From Tubulanus polymorphus (lineage: Eukaryota; Animalia; Nemertea), in NCBI RefSeq assembly GCF_964204645.1, contig NC_134032.1, forward strand, positions 186,001 through 250,000: a stretch of 64,000 bases of DNA. The letters are read 5' to 3'. The notes under the pieces were generated by a model. The model searched no databases. It was not told the origin of the DNA and was given only the letters and a program-made list of their open reading frames with translations. The position numbers and the translations under genes are program-made. This document shows positions 1 to 12,396 of the stretch, in pieces (the first letter of the stretch is position 1; every line of letters starts with the position of its first letter).

Positions 1-18
1 TAATTATCAATTTTTAAG

Positions 19-3000
19 GAGGACTACATCAGCAGTATCTCAGATTTGTGGCACGGTTATCCAGAAATGCACGGAAAGTTACCGTAAGTTGACCTAATTA
101 CGCCGTCTGCGCCAGAAATAGCGCGTCGTTTGTTACTCAACTCAACCCGTTTTCGCTCTCGGGATTTTTTCAGGTTCATGGTGAAGTTCTTCTTCATCAT
201 ACAGATGTCGTACTGGCTTCACGGATTCCCGGAGCTTTACTTCATGAAGATTAAACGCGACGAGATGCCACCGCGTATACAGTACACAACTCTCTATCTG
301 ATATTCATAACGGCTGCGTATCTACTGAAGTAAGTCAACGTCTGTACGACTCATCGGTTCATCAATTACTCCTTGGAAATGTTTTTAAAAGTGCTTGAAA
401 CTCCTTTAATGTTAAATACAAGTAATTAACGATACATCGCACCGCGGTGTAGACGCACTAAAGCGGTATTCCTGTTATACGTCAAACAGAGGAAGTGTCA
501 CTACTCTCTACAATGACTAACTAGTCTATGGATACATTTTGTTTTTCAGCTTCAATCGTTTAGCCATTTGTATATTAGTTCTACATTACGCTGTTGAGTT
601 TATATTCCACGCCGCGCGTCTGCTGTACTTCGCCGATAAAACTGAAATAGCAAATACCGGGTGAGTTCAATCATCAACCTTCACTTCCTATCGTAGATTC
701 ATTCAACTCCATACTTCATAAATCATCATGTGACATCATTAAACTGCTAGAACTATCTAGAAAAGATGTCTGCCTGCATGAATCCTCCTATGACATCATC
801 GAATTTCCTTCTAGTGATTTTTTGTGTAAGGACTTCTAGAAATGATGTCTGTTTACCATAAATCCCCTAATGGCATCATAGAATTTCCTACACTTCTCGT
901 CCCCTATATAAACACTTAAACAGACAACAGACAAGATGTCTGCCTCCATAAATCCACCTACTGCATCATCGTCATTCTAAAACTTTATGGAAAAGATGTC
1001 TGCCTCCTTAAATCCCCGCATGACATCATCAATCTATCAGTACCCATTTAGAACATTACAGAAAAGATGTCTGCCTCCGTAGATCCCCGTATGACATCAT
1101 CAATCTATCAGTAACCCTTTAGAACTTTCCAGTGCGAATATGCCCGTCTCCATGACATCATGTGTATTATAATTACAGATTCATGGTGTGGAATGTACTG
1201 TTTGTTCTCGTTCGACTGGTGTCCATCACTCTCGCCGTGCTGACGTTCTGGTAAGTATTCAACCGGCGATAAACTCTTAGTACCGGCTCACGCCATAAGA
1301 TGGCGCGTCTTTCCAAAATCCGTATGTATCTCGGCTCAGGAATTCAACAGTGATTGGTTTTCCTTGTTTTCTAACTTATCTTAAGAAAAGTGTTTTATGA
1401 TTACGGATATTTGTTTCAGGTTTGGACTTCCAAAAACGTCGCAAACTGGTATCATATTCAAAGACGGGAACTTTAATACGGCCTTTATCAGGTATGTGGT
1501 CAGAGTGGTTAACATCCGATCTTAAGCAAGAAATTTAAACAGAGAATCACTGTTAGTAACCAACAGAGTGCAGGCTAGCAGAGGCCGTTGACCCAGAGCG
1601 GAGGCCGTTGATCCAGAGTGCAGGCTAGCTGAGGCCGTTGACCCTGCTTGTAAAGATTTTTTCATATCCAACTGCCCTTCTTCCAGGCTGCCCCCAATCC
1701 AATTTCACTCTCAGAATAGAGTCGCTCTCAGAATAGAGTCACTCTCAGAATAGAGTCGCTCTCAGAATAGAGTTGCTCTCAGAATAGAGTCGCTCTCAGG
1801 GAATAGAGTCACTCTCAGAATAGAGTTGCTCTCAGAATAGAGTCGCTCTCAGGGAATAGAGTCACTCTCAGAATAGAGTCACTCTCAGAATAGAGTCACT
1901 CTCAGAATAGAGTCACTCTCAGAATAGAGTTGCTCTCAGAATAGAGTCGCTCTCAGAATAGAGTCACTCTCAGGGAATTTTGTGTAATCACATCGAGACC
2001 TCACAGGATTTGTAGATGGGTGAAAAGTGGGCGTCTCCCTCTCAGTCTCAGAAATACGGGTGGCTCCGAAAATATCCAAATCACATGTTCAGGGTGTTTT
2101 CCCTTTCTGTAGTTGTTGTCTCCGGTGAACTAAGTGTTGGCTTATGGTAGGAATGTATCCATGTTTTAGGATTAACTGTTTGGTCGCGTGTTGCCTGATT
2201 CAAGCGTTTATGATGTGGCGTTACATCACGTTCCACCTGAAGCGTCTCCGCGAACGTACGGCCGCCGCCGCGACGACCAGCTCCAAATCAAAAATCATCA
2301 CGACTCCGAGTAAAAAATCCAACAAAGACAAGAAGAATAAGAGTGAGTAAGATGTAGTGTGAGTAAAAAATACGTTCATCGCAAAAAAACAATTCCGGAG
2401 TGGTTTTTATCGTTTTGGGTTTGTGTGTGTCGGTCGAGCGGTTGATGGGTATCACTGTCATTAGGTTGACGGTAGTAGGTTGACAGACGTACAGGAGTAG
2501 GTTGACAGACGTACATGATTAGGTTGACGAGTGGGCGTGGTGTCCCTGTAACCCTAGTTCTAATTACTCGGAGTGCGGACTTTTTCGAGAAAGTAATTTT
2601 CCGTCGAAATCTCCTGATGCAAAAGGATTTACTTTTTTGTGAGATATTTTTCGCCAGATGCGGAATCCGGACTCAGAGTAATTAGAAACGAGGTATAATG
2701 TTTGTTTATATCAATTTAGTTTAGTTTTGTTTGTTTTGGAGTAAATGAATATATTACCGGTATTTATTATCTGCGGTGATGAAGGTCGGAGGAGGTCTCG
2801 TGATCAGAGATTTATTCATTCAGCAATAGAAAGTTGGGTTTTCATTACCATTTACCAGATTGTGTTGATGAAACTTCTGGGACCAGTTTTAAAGACTGGT
2901 ATTACCTTTAACCCGGGGGTAACTGAATTGATAATGAATTGAGTTAGCCCGCGGGTTTAAGGTAATACAAGTTTATAAAACTGGGCCCGGAACTTCAATT

Positions 3001-3219
3001 GATTGTCTATGATAAGAAATACTTCTGCGTGAACCCAACTTGCAGCTGGCTATTTACGATATTTCAGTATCGATATTTTTGATAGTTCAACCGTTTAATT
3101 TTAATGTTCGGTCATTTTTGATTTCAGGGACAAAAGAAGACGACATCAGTTTGCTGCCGGAAGCCGACCAGAATACGCTGTCCGACTCCGGGTTGAGGGC
3201 TCGTTCAAAGAGAAAGTAG
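19..3219 (+). CDS. TRAM1: Translocating chain-associated membrane protein (TRAM1-like), 3' exons; 5' part lies outside the window
   Basis: GT-AG exons 19-83, 174-329, 550-660, 1179-1250, 1420-1491, 2170-2342 and 3128-3219 join in frame. Peptides KFFFIIQMSYWLHGFPELYFMK, LVLHYAVEFIFH, GNFNTAFIR and QAFMMWRYITFHLKRLRE match TRAM TLC-domain motifs. The protein ends ...RARSKRK*. Confidence 0.93.
1706..1975. repeat. 17-bp minisatellite (CTCTCAGAATAGAGTCA-like) in a TRAM intron
   Basis: About 15 tandem copies are visible directly. Confidence 0.9.
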
Positions 3220-5228
3220 AACAGCAGACGCGCTGTGTGACCTAATTTCCATCGGACCGACTGGTGACCTAATTCCTCGACTTTAATACTCACGAGAAAT
3301 CCCGTCAGATGTGTATCAAACTTCCCAGAAGAAGATGGGGTGAAGATGGCTGCTTCGTGGATTCCCCTTGTGATGTCATCGAATTCGATAACCGTAATGC
3401 GGTTTGTTTTTGGAATGATGATGTCATAGGAGGAACGTTCACTTGCGCAAGATTATTCCAGGACAGTTTTCGAAAATTTGGCGTGCCGCGATTCGAATAG
3501 ATTATCACTGTCAACTCAGTAAGAATACAGTTATTTATTCAGTTCTGTTTGTAAAAGGTCAACATAGTTCAATGTGGTTTTAAAATATTTCGGGCTAGGG
3601 CTACGAACTGTTACGGACAATCAGTATTTATCGAAAGGAATACTGATTGGATTTGTAAAATGCGTACCGAGGAATGTGAAAGACAAGACTTACCCCACTT
3701 GATTAATCTAGTAGTTCATTTTCAATTCCTGAACTCATGAAGTGTGGACAATCACAGTCTGGAAGAATGTTGATATCATATATTATAGTATTGAATGTCT
3801 CACGGGTGCAGGGTCAGGTCAGCAGATCGATACCTGCTTAAGAATTCAACTATGTTTGTCGTGAAGCCTGAGTATAGCCCAAATTTGTGTTAGAACCTTG
3901 AATATAATGTAAAGTATTAAATGGGTCGTTTGTCTCAAAACAATGGAATTAGGTCACACATCTCATGGTCGTCAAAACATCATTCAGCTTTTGACCACTT
4001 GTCAGTGGAGAGACCTCGTTACAATAAAATTCAGCCCCAAATATGTACTAAAAATGAAACGTTGATAAGACTTCAGTGACATGCACGTAATAAGATTTCT
4101 TTCCTTTTTGATTGACATAAAACGCTTTCGTTAAGACTTAATTATTACGTCTTAACGAATGCATTTTCAGGTTATTGATAATATTCATCGGGAAATATCT
4201 ATTTTGGGGGAAATTGTTTGTAACGAGGTCTTAATCCAGTTTGGCGCATTTCAATCTTATAAAAGTTTGTCCATGTAACTGGTCGCCCCTAACGTCCCGA
4301 CCCCTCACTGTTGGAAAAATCTCTATACTTTTATCCAAGAAATTGTGAACGTTTGTCTGACTTATATCAAAATCTGGATCAATGATGGATAAAGATTCAA
4401 TCGAATTTAATGAGGTACTAGCGCTGCTACTGTGGCGAGTGTGGATCCACCAGGTGTCGCTAGTGTGCAGTAGGACATCAACTACCGCGGCAATAGAGGA
4501 TTCCGCTTGTGGCGAGTGTGGATCCACCAGGTGTCGCTAGTGCTCAGTAAGACAACAGTGGATTCCACTCATGGCAAGTGAGGATCCACCAGGTGTCACT
4601 AGAGGGTACTAGGTCTTCCGTACTTCAATATCTTCGAGATTATGTGTCAATGAAATTGTAGTCAATATTTGGATTCAGAAGATTTAAAAATCGAGTTCCA
4701 AGTTTCAACTTGAGCCTGAAAGCAACGCCATCTGGCTGTGAGCGCTGGTACCTCATTACGATATTTTAAGCGTAGTCTGTATTCGGCAGTATATAGATGT
4801 ATTGTTAAAGATGTTGTCTGGAATATTTCGTGGTATTGGGGATAATATAATATATTTCAATTTGGTTTTTGTGTAAACGGTTTTTTTTTTTTTAATTATT
4901 AATGATCGTCACTAATTATAGTGTATAATTACTAATCAAAGTATATGATGACTACTTCAGAAGATTCCCACGTGAACTGAATTGCGCAATCAAGATGCTT
5001 TTTATAGGTTCGGCTTATGTAAAGGTATTATTCAGCTTTGAACGTAAATTTGGACGTTTTTAAATCCTTTTTTATTCTGTTACATTCTCTATAGAGTTCG
5101 AATTCAATAGATATAAACATAGATTATTGTTATTATCATAATTATGTAGACATGTCCATAATGCATTTAAGTTAATACATAGTTTTATGACGTGTGAACC
5201 CAGTTCTACGGTTGGAGGTAGTAGACCC

Positions 5229-5733
5229 AACCCAGTCCGACACGGTGGGCTGCGGCCACAACTGTACCCAGTCCGACACGGTGGGCTGCGGCTGCAACTG
5301 GACCCAGTCCGACACGGTGGGCTGCAGCCACAACTGGACCCAGTCTGACACGGTGGGCTGCGGCCACAACTGGACCCAGTCCGACACGGTGGGTTGCAGC
5401 CACAACTGGACCCAGTCTGACACCGTGGGCTGCGGCCACAACTGTACCCAGTCCGACACGGTGGGCTGCGGCTGCAACTGTACCCAGTCCGACACGGTGG
5501 GCTGCGGCTGCAACTGGACCCAGTCTGACACGGTGGGCTGCGGCCTCAACTGTACCCAGTCCGACACGGTGGGCTGCGGCTGCAACTGTACCCAGTCCGA
5601 CACGGTGGCTGCGACCACAACTGGACCCAGTCTGACACGGTGGGCTGCGGCCACAACTGGACCCAGTCCGACACGGTGGGCTGCGGCCACAACTGGACCC
5701 AGTCCGACGCGGTGGGCTGCGGCCACAACTGTA
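5229..5733. repeat. 36-bp GC-rich minisatellite
   Basis: ACCCAGTCCGACACGGTGGGCTGCGGCCACAACTGG repeated about 14 times; it explains the 12-aa periodic ORFs. Confidence 0.92.
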
Positions 5734-6871
5734 CAGCCCTAAACTTCATTATTCGTATCGACTACGTTGAGTAGAAACTCATTTGGCTTCCAATTTTAGA
5801 TTTAGCTTTTTAGTCACAAGTCACCTGCGATTCACTTCATTGCACCCGCAAATCATATTTATAGAATTATTGAGAATTATATATATTTTGTATTATAAGA
5901 AGTTAAGATATCTTATATTCGCATGCGAGATGTCATATTATGATAATGTATAGAGGTATTGATATTGAAATCATAGTTTGTCGACCAGTGCCGGAGACTC
6001 GCAAAATATACCGGTAGGGTATTCGCAAACTTCGACGGTCTTTCATGTAAATCATATAGTGTGTCCGGCCACCAATAGATGGTGTCGTAGGTGATGTCAT
6101 AGGTTGTTTGCGGTACATAACAACAAACAGATAATCAGGTTTCGGTTTTATGGACCGGTATTATCTTTAACCCGGGGCTATCTCATTCGAGTTATCCCGG
6201 GCGTTGAAGATAACACGCGTCTATGAAAACCGGGCCCGGGGGATAATTACAAACTTCGGGTTACGAAAATTCGGGAAAATATCCCGATAAGACTATTTGC
6301 AAGGGATTAGAAACGGACTATATTAAGGCTCGATTAACCCGGATGTACAAATGTACCCCGAAATTTGGACACAGGTTTTTTGTTGTTGAAAATGTCGTAT
6401 CATCAATAAATAGTCTAAATAGTCGTACTATGTTTATTATTCATACTTCATTAGAAAGTAATTCTCTCCAACATATTTGTGATGTCATCCCTTATACAAG
6501 GAAATAAAGCGAATCCTACAATTTATAAGAATATTCTTCTCTGATTATTGCTGCTTCATCTCCCCATCCATTCCTCATCCCTGGATGACTCAATGGTCAA
6601 CTTGTGACACGGGCTGACCGGTCGACCGGGCGACTGAGACACGATTTTAACACAGGTTTGAAAACCGCACTATCCTAGTGATGAAAATATTTATCACCGG
6701 GATAGTGATTTATCACCGGATAGGACTTATCGCCGCTTTGAAAATGCAGCCCTGAATGATGTCTATCTAGCCTAATATATCCAAAAATTCATGTTTGATT
6801 TTATTAACAAATAAAGATAAAAACCTTGCCTGCACTAGGGTAACTACGTTTTGTTCAGCGGGCCAACTGTT

Positions 6872-7649
6872 ACCCTAGTTTTGGCCTGTTTGATAAACGC
6901 AGTAACCCTAGTGTTGGCCTGGTGAATAAACGTAGTAACCCTTGTGTTGGCCTGGTGAATAAACGCAGAAACCCTAGTGTTGGCCTGTTTGATAAACGCA
7001 GAAACCCTAGTTTTGGCCTGTTTGATAAACGCAGTAACCCTAGTGTTGGCCTGGTGAATAAACGCAGAAACCCTAGTGTTGGCCTGTTTAATAAACGCAG
7101 TAACCCTAGTGTTGGCCTGGTGAATAAACGCAGAAACCCTAGTGTTGGCCTAGTGAATAAACGCAGAAACCCTAGTGTTGGCCTGGTGAATAAACGCAGA
7201 AACCCTAGTGTTGGCCTGTTTAATAAACGCAGAAACCCTAGTGTTGGCCTGTTTAATAAACGCAGTAACCCTAGTGTTGGCCTGGTGAATAAACGCAGAA
7301 ACCCTAGTGTTGGCCTAGTGAATAAACGCAGAAACCCTAGTGTTGGCCTGGTGAATAAACGCAGAAACCCTAGTGTTGGCCTGTTTGATAAACGCAGAAA
7401 CCCTAGTTTTGGCCTGTTTGATAAACGCAGAAACCCTAGTTTTGGCCTGTTTGATAAACGCAGTAACCCTAGTGTTGGCCTGGTGAATAAACGCAGAAAC
7501 CCTAGTGTTGGCCTGTTTAATAAACGCAGTAACCCTAGTGTTGGCCTGGTGAATAAACGCAGAAACCCTAGTGTTGGCCTAGTGAATAAACGCAGAAACC
7601 CTAGTGTTGGCCTGGTGAATAAACGCAGAAACCCTAGTGTTGGCCTGTT
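6872..7649. repeat. 33-bp minisatellite
   Basis: AAACCCTAGTGTTGGCCTGGTGAATAAACGCAG repeated about 23 times; it explains the 11-aa periodic ORFs. Confidence 0.93.
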
Positions 7650-7691
7650 ACCACACTGAACAACCATATTCACAAACCGGAGCAGCCATCA

Positions 7692-7765
7692 GAACTTAGC
7701 GGTCTAGTGGTTAGCGTGCTCGGCTGGCATGCTGGAGGTCGCAGGTTCGAGTCCTGCTAGGGTTA
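7692..7765 (+). pseudogene. tRNA-derived sequence (Ala-like, GGC loop): probable SINE head or tRNA pseudogene
   Basis: A-box-like GGTCTAGTGG and B-box GGTTCGAGTCC, with a perfect T stem GCAGG/CCTGC. The D and anticodon stems pair poorly, so it is unlikely to be a functional tRNA. Confidence 0.65.
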
Positions 7766-8718
7766 GGGTTACGGTCGATCTAGGTTTAGGGTTAGTGCCT
7801 CAGGTTGGGGCTAATTTTTTGGCCCAGCGAGGTATTTGTAGTACGATGATCATCTGTTTGACTCGGGTTATTTTTTGGTCAATAGATTCTATACTTACTT
7901 ATATATTTTGAACACATATTTGCTTTATCTAGTGGAGGCCACTTTATTTAAAAGATACTTCGCTCAATACAGTAGTTTATTTCTAAATGAATAAAAGAGT
8001 TGGTGACATTATTCAATATATATATTTGCTCATGTGACTTTGGGGATTTTAGCTATTTTCAGCTTATTTAAGCAACGCGCTTAGCGAATAAAAGTTCACT
8101 TATATTCATGGACACAAAACCAATCTTAAACACAATATATTGATAATACACTAGCGAAATCGCTAAGATATGTAAAATGCCGTAACACTCGCTGTCAATC
8201 TGCGGGTTAACTATTATTCGAAATTAAATCTTTCATATTTCTGTTCAAATTAATCAGTTATCAACAGTAAGTAACGTTTAATGATAAATTAACATTATTT
8301 GAGACATTGAAATTAGATCAACTGAAACCGGTTTCTCCTCGATAAAACTTTTGACCCGCTTTACAAATTAAGCTGTCCCGGAATTGTTCAATATCGTAAC
8401 CAATATCTATAGATGCGCAGATCGGCTCGACGTCTCGTTTCCCTCGTCAGGTTCACTATTTCAAGGCTTACTATTGCATCGCGTCTATTATGTGTTCATC
8501 ACTTCGAAAGATGGTTTACTTGTCAACATTCTATCGAAGTCGACATCCAGGCCTATCAACTAAACCCCAAGAAAATCTTTTTTCAGCTATTGTTAATTTA
8601 CGAATAACCTTAACTCTACGGTAACACATTTCTGATAATATCAAGCAAGTCATATTCCTGAATGTATTTAGAAAAAAATATTTCTACAGTATCGGTCGAA
8701 GTGACGTTAGATCAATGG

Positions 8719-9669
8719 TTATTTCATAGCATTTCTACAGCGCATTTTCGTACAGAAATATTCACGAATTTCCCGCCCTAATAAAAGATATATATAGAAA
8801 TTTACGACATAATTGCATAATTCAAACTGCGCGAAAATGTCTAAAAGAAATTCACTGCGTTCAGTCGAGATCGGTATGAAAACAGTCACAGTGGATGGAA
8901 GCGTGAATACTAGAAATGAAAGTGAAACTGTTACGAGCATTATCGTCGTACGTTTTGATTTTGTAGTTTTCTGATCGGACGAAACTATTTTTGAACCCCT
9001 GAATAACTGAATAAATATAACAGAATTCGATAGAAAGATCAAAATCAAAGGCATGAAATAACCGTAGACTATGAATACCATGGACAGTATCGATTGGTCT
9101 GATAATTTGAAGTAGCATGCCGAAAATCGGTCTGAAAACTGCAGTAGTACCGCTGAAGGAATACCAGCTATGGAAAAATTCGTAATAAGAATAACTGCAA
9201 CGACGCATCGGGCGAATCTGGGTGTGCATATCAAACGAGCTGTGAACGGGAAGAGAACAACCGCCGCGCGTTCTAGAGATATCGCTACTAGTAACCAGGC
9301 ACTAGTGGATGGTGCAAGCGCCATTACAAATTCATAGATTTGACAACCGATCAGTGAATTCACTAGGAATATTTGACCGATGTTTTCATTCATGACAACA
9401 AACTGTAACACGGGCATCAGCGTTAAATTGGTGCAGTAAAAAAAATCACTAGCAGATAAAACGATGAGATAGTTAGCGTAAGATAAACCGCGGAATCTGC
9501 GACTTATCATTATCAGGAAAGTTGCCGAATTTCCGAATGCTCCTAACAGGAAGAGAATGAGCAGAATGACCAGTGAAGCGGTACGGTGCACACCAGACTT
9601 GTTCAACAGAGACATGAGGATGATGTAACTGTTATACGATCGACCGATCTGTATCCGAGTAGAATTCAT
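8719..9669 (-). CDS. Intronless rhodopsin-like (class A) GPCR, orphan peptide-receptor-like
   Basis: 316-aa ORF with 7 hydrophobic segments: TM1 GAFGN, TM2 LSASD, TM3 Cys and SLERA (DRY variant), TM6 FTLP, TM7 NFYIY (NPxxY variant). Confidence 0.9.
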   Translation of the reverse strand: MNSTRIQIGRSYNSYIILMSLLNKSGVHRTASLVILLILFLLGAFGNSATFLIMISRRFRGLSYANYLIVLSASDFFYCTNLTLMPVLQFVVMNENIGQIFLVNSLIGCQIYEFVMALAPSTSAWLLVAISLERAAVVLFPFTARLICTPRFARCVVAVILITNFSIAGIPSAVLLQFSDRFSACYFKLSDQSILSMVFIVYGYFMPLILIFLSNSVIFIQLFRGSKIVSSDQKTTKSKRTTIMLVTVSLSFLVFTLPSTVTVFIPISTERSEFLLDIFAQFELCNYVVNFYIYLLLGREIREYFCTKMRCRNAMK

Positions 9670-10033
9670 TTCGCTTCGAATCTAGCAAGTTATGAGAAAT
9701 GATAACATTTAATGCGTATCAATTTTCTCATTTGCATTCACGAAAATGAATTGAAATGCCACATTTAATACGATCCAATTGTGTCAACTTATTGACAAAA
9801 TGAAATAGTCGACTCACATTTTCGTGAATTGACCAAAAATGCTACAGAAATCTACAGAAATATTAATAAAATCTTGTTTTGTGAAAGCTATGTTCATCAT
9901 TTCTTAGAGATGAATTCGCTATTATATAAAGTGACTGAATTAGATTTCAGGGGAAATATGCAGTGAGATGTCGAATTACACCAGTCCTATACGGATACTG
10001 GGAGAAACAGATGAAACCGATCAAAATCGAAAC

Positions 10034-11205
10034 ATCAAGGAATACAGTATTCCTGAAGATGACTATTAGGATATAGTGGAAACGTTGAATAAACTACACT
10101 AGCTCAAGGAAACATTTCAGACTCTTTTTATTCTTAGTGTGCAGGGATTTTATATTATCTTTACAACACGGACTCAGAGTGTTTCATCAATGGTTATAAT
10201 GAGGACAACATCAGTATTCCTGAAGATGACTATTAGGATATAGTCGAAACGTTGAATAAACTACACTAGCTCAAGGAAACATTTCAGACTCTTTTTATTC
10301 TTAGTGTGCAGGGATTTTATATTATCTTTACAACACCAACTCAGAGTGTTTCATCAATGGTTATAATGACGACAACATCAGTATTCCTGAAGGTGACTAT
10401 TAGGATATAGTGGAAACGTTGAATAAACTACACTAGCTCAAGGAAACATTTCAGACTCTTTTTATTCTTAGTGTGCAGGGATTTTATATTATCTTTACAA
10501 CACCAACTCAGAGTGTTTCATCAATGGTTATAATGAGGACAACATCAGTATTCCTGAAGATGACTATTAGGATAAAGTCGAAACGTTGAATAAACTACAC
10601 TAGCTCAAGGAATACAGTATTCCTGAAGATGACTATTAGGATATAGTGGAAACGTTGAATAAACTAGACTAGCTCAAGGAAACATTATAGACTCTTTTTA
10701 TTCTTAGTGTGCAGGGATTTTATATTATCTTTACAACACGGACTCAGAGTGTTTCATCAATGGTTATAATGAGGACAACATCAGTATTCCTGAAGATGAC
10801 TATTAGGATATAGTGGAAACGTTGAATAAACTACACTAGCTCAAGGAAACATTTCAGACTCTTTTTATTCTTAGTGTGCAGGGATTTTATATTATCTTTA
10901 CAACACGGACTCAGAGTGTTTCATCAATGGTTATAATGAGGACAACATCAGTATTCCTGAAGATGACTATTAGGATATAGTGGAAACGTTGAATAAACTA
11001 CACTAGCTCAAGGAAACATTTCAGACTCTTTTTATTCTTAGTGTGCAGGGATCTTATATTATCTTTACAACACGGACTCAGAGTGTTTCATCAATGGTTA
11101 TAATGAGGACAACATCAGTATTCCTGAAGATGACTATTAGGATATAGTCGAAACGTTGAATAAACTACACTAGCTCAAGGAAACATTTCAGACTCTTTTT
11201 ATTTT
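10034..11205 (+). repeat. 167-bp hammerhead-containing satellite array 1 (retrozyme-like)
   Basis: Monomer starts at 10045, 10212, 10379, 10546, 10615, 10782, 10949 and 11116. Each contains CTGAAGA-T-GACTAT-loop-ATAGT(C/G)-GAAACGTT or a close variant. Confidence 0.9.
10215..10258 (+). ncRNA. Minimal type I hammerhead ribozyme motif (representative intact copy)
   Basis: Stem I TATTC/GAATA, core CTGAAGA, an extra U, stem II GACTAT/ATAGTC with a TAGGAT loop, GAAA, palindromic ACGT in place of stem III, and a GUU cleavage triplet (after 10253). Confidence 0.8.
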
Positions 11206-12396
11206 TATTCCTACTGTTGGTGTTTTATATTTCTCAGTGGCTTACATGATTTAGAAATCACCCATTCAACTATAGGCGCGTGTGTACATATCAATGAAAA
11301 GAGCTCATTTTATTAATTTCTATCTAAAGTTAATCCCTATCAACACTTAATACATTGCACCTGCTTAGCGGAATCGATATTCATCTGTCAAGAATCGATA
11401 TTTATACTTAACACCTTTTCACAGCTTGACAGCTACAAAATCATCCGATATATTTTCAATATCTACTTCGCACTCAATCGAAGCAGATTAACAGATTTGT
11501 CGATCTCCAAAGTTTGTCTATTCTGAATCTTTCTCTGATTATCGCGGTAAGTTTTATTTCATCTATTTCGGTTTTCTTTGCCGCCCCAACTTTTACAGAA
11601 ACATATACAGAAACGCGATTGTCGCCGGTGCTAGGACTTACGGTTGAATGTCCAAGCAAAAGATGAAAATGCTCGCAACACTCCTCTGTTTAACTAGATA
11701 TATTCACAATTACGCTCTATACCTTGTTTGATTTTACAAACAACATTTTGGTGATGGAATCATGTAAATTGCTGAAGGCAGGTTATGAACCTCCATAATC
11801 TATCATTGAATCGTAAATCTAAGTTTCCACAATTTTCGTTGCTATCCTAATGCGTGGGACCGAATATTTCTTATCCTATAGGTTAGAAATCGAAGTGACA
11901 TTTCAACGCGGTTAAACTCGATTAAATGAATCCCTAATATACTTATGATTAGGAAAACAAACTTCAATATAATTGTTTTAAAATAATGCAATAATCGATT
12001 ATAACCTAATGATTAGGTTGAAATGTTTTCTCCATTGCATGTCCATTTGACAACATATTCTATGATTTATCGAAAGTGATTTTCATCGGAGATTTTGGAA
12101 AATAGACTTTTTCATCGAAAAATTCCTAATTCTTTTCACGTACCCAGATGCTTCCTTAGATTAAGGATATTTTGATAAGTCATTAACTTTTTTGTGGGAT
12201 CATCAGCCCCACCAAAACCCAGACCTGGTTCCACGGTTGGCGATGGGATCAGTTAAACTTGTTCCTGAACTGTGGGATGGGATTCAGCGAGTCCTGAACC
12301 GACAACTCATCTATTCTGCAGTTTCCCCTCTCGGACAAAGTTCCTGTATTATTTTCGGTTTGTTAATGATTTTCAGAGATTGAAGGGTTGAATGAT

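Noticed and set aside
5172-5749. Cys-rich and Pro/Gln-rich periodic ORFs
   Set aside because: They are products of a stop-free 36-bp minisatellite open on both strands, with no signal peptide or splice support.
6870-7673. 245-267 aa Arg/Leu-rich ORFs; CRISPR-like regularity
   Set aside because: This is a 33-bp head-to-tail repeat with no unique spacers, in a eukaryotic context with no cas genes.
7692-7765. Functional tRNA-Ala gene
   Set aside because: The D and anticodon stems are mismatched and the anticodon is atypical for eukaryotes.
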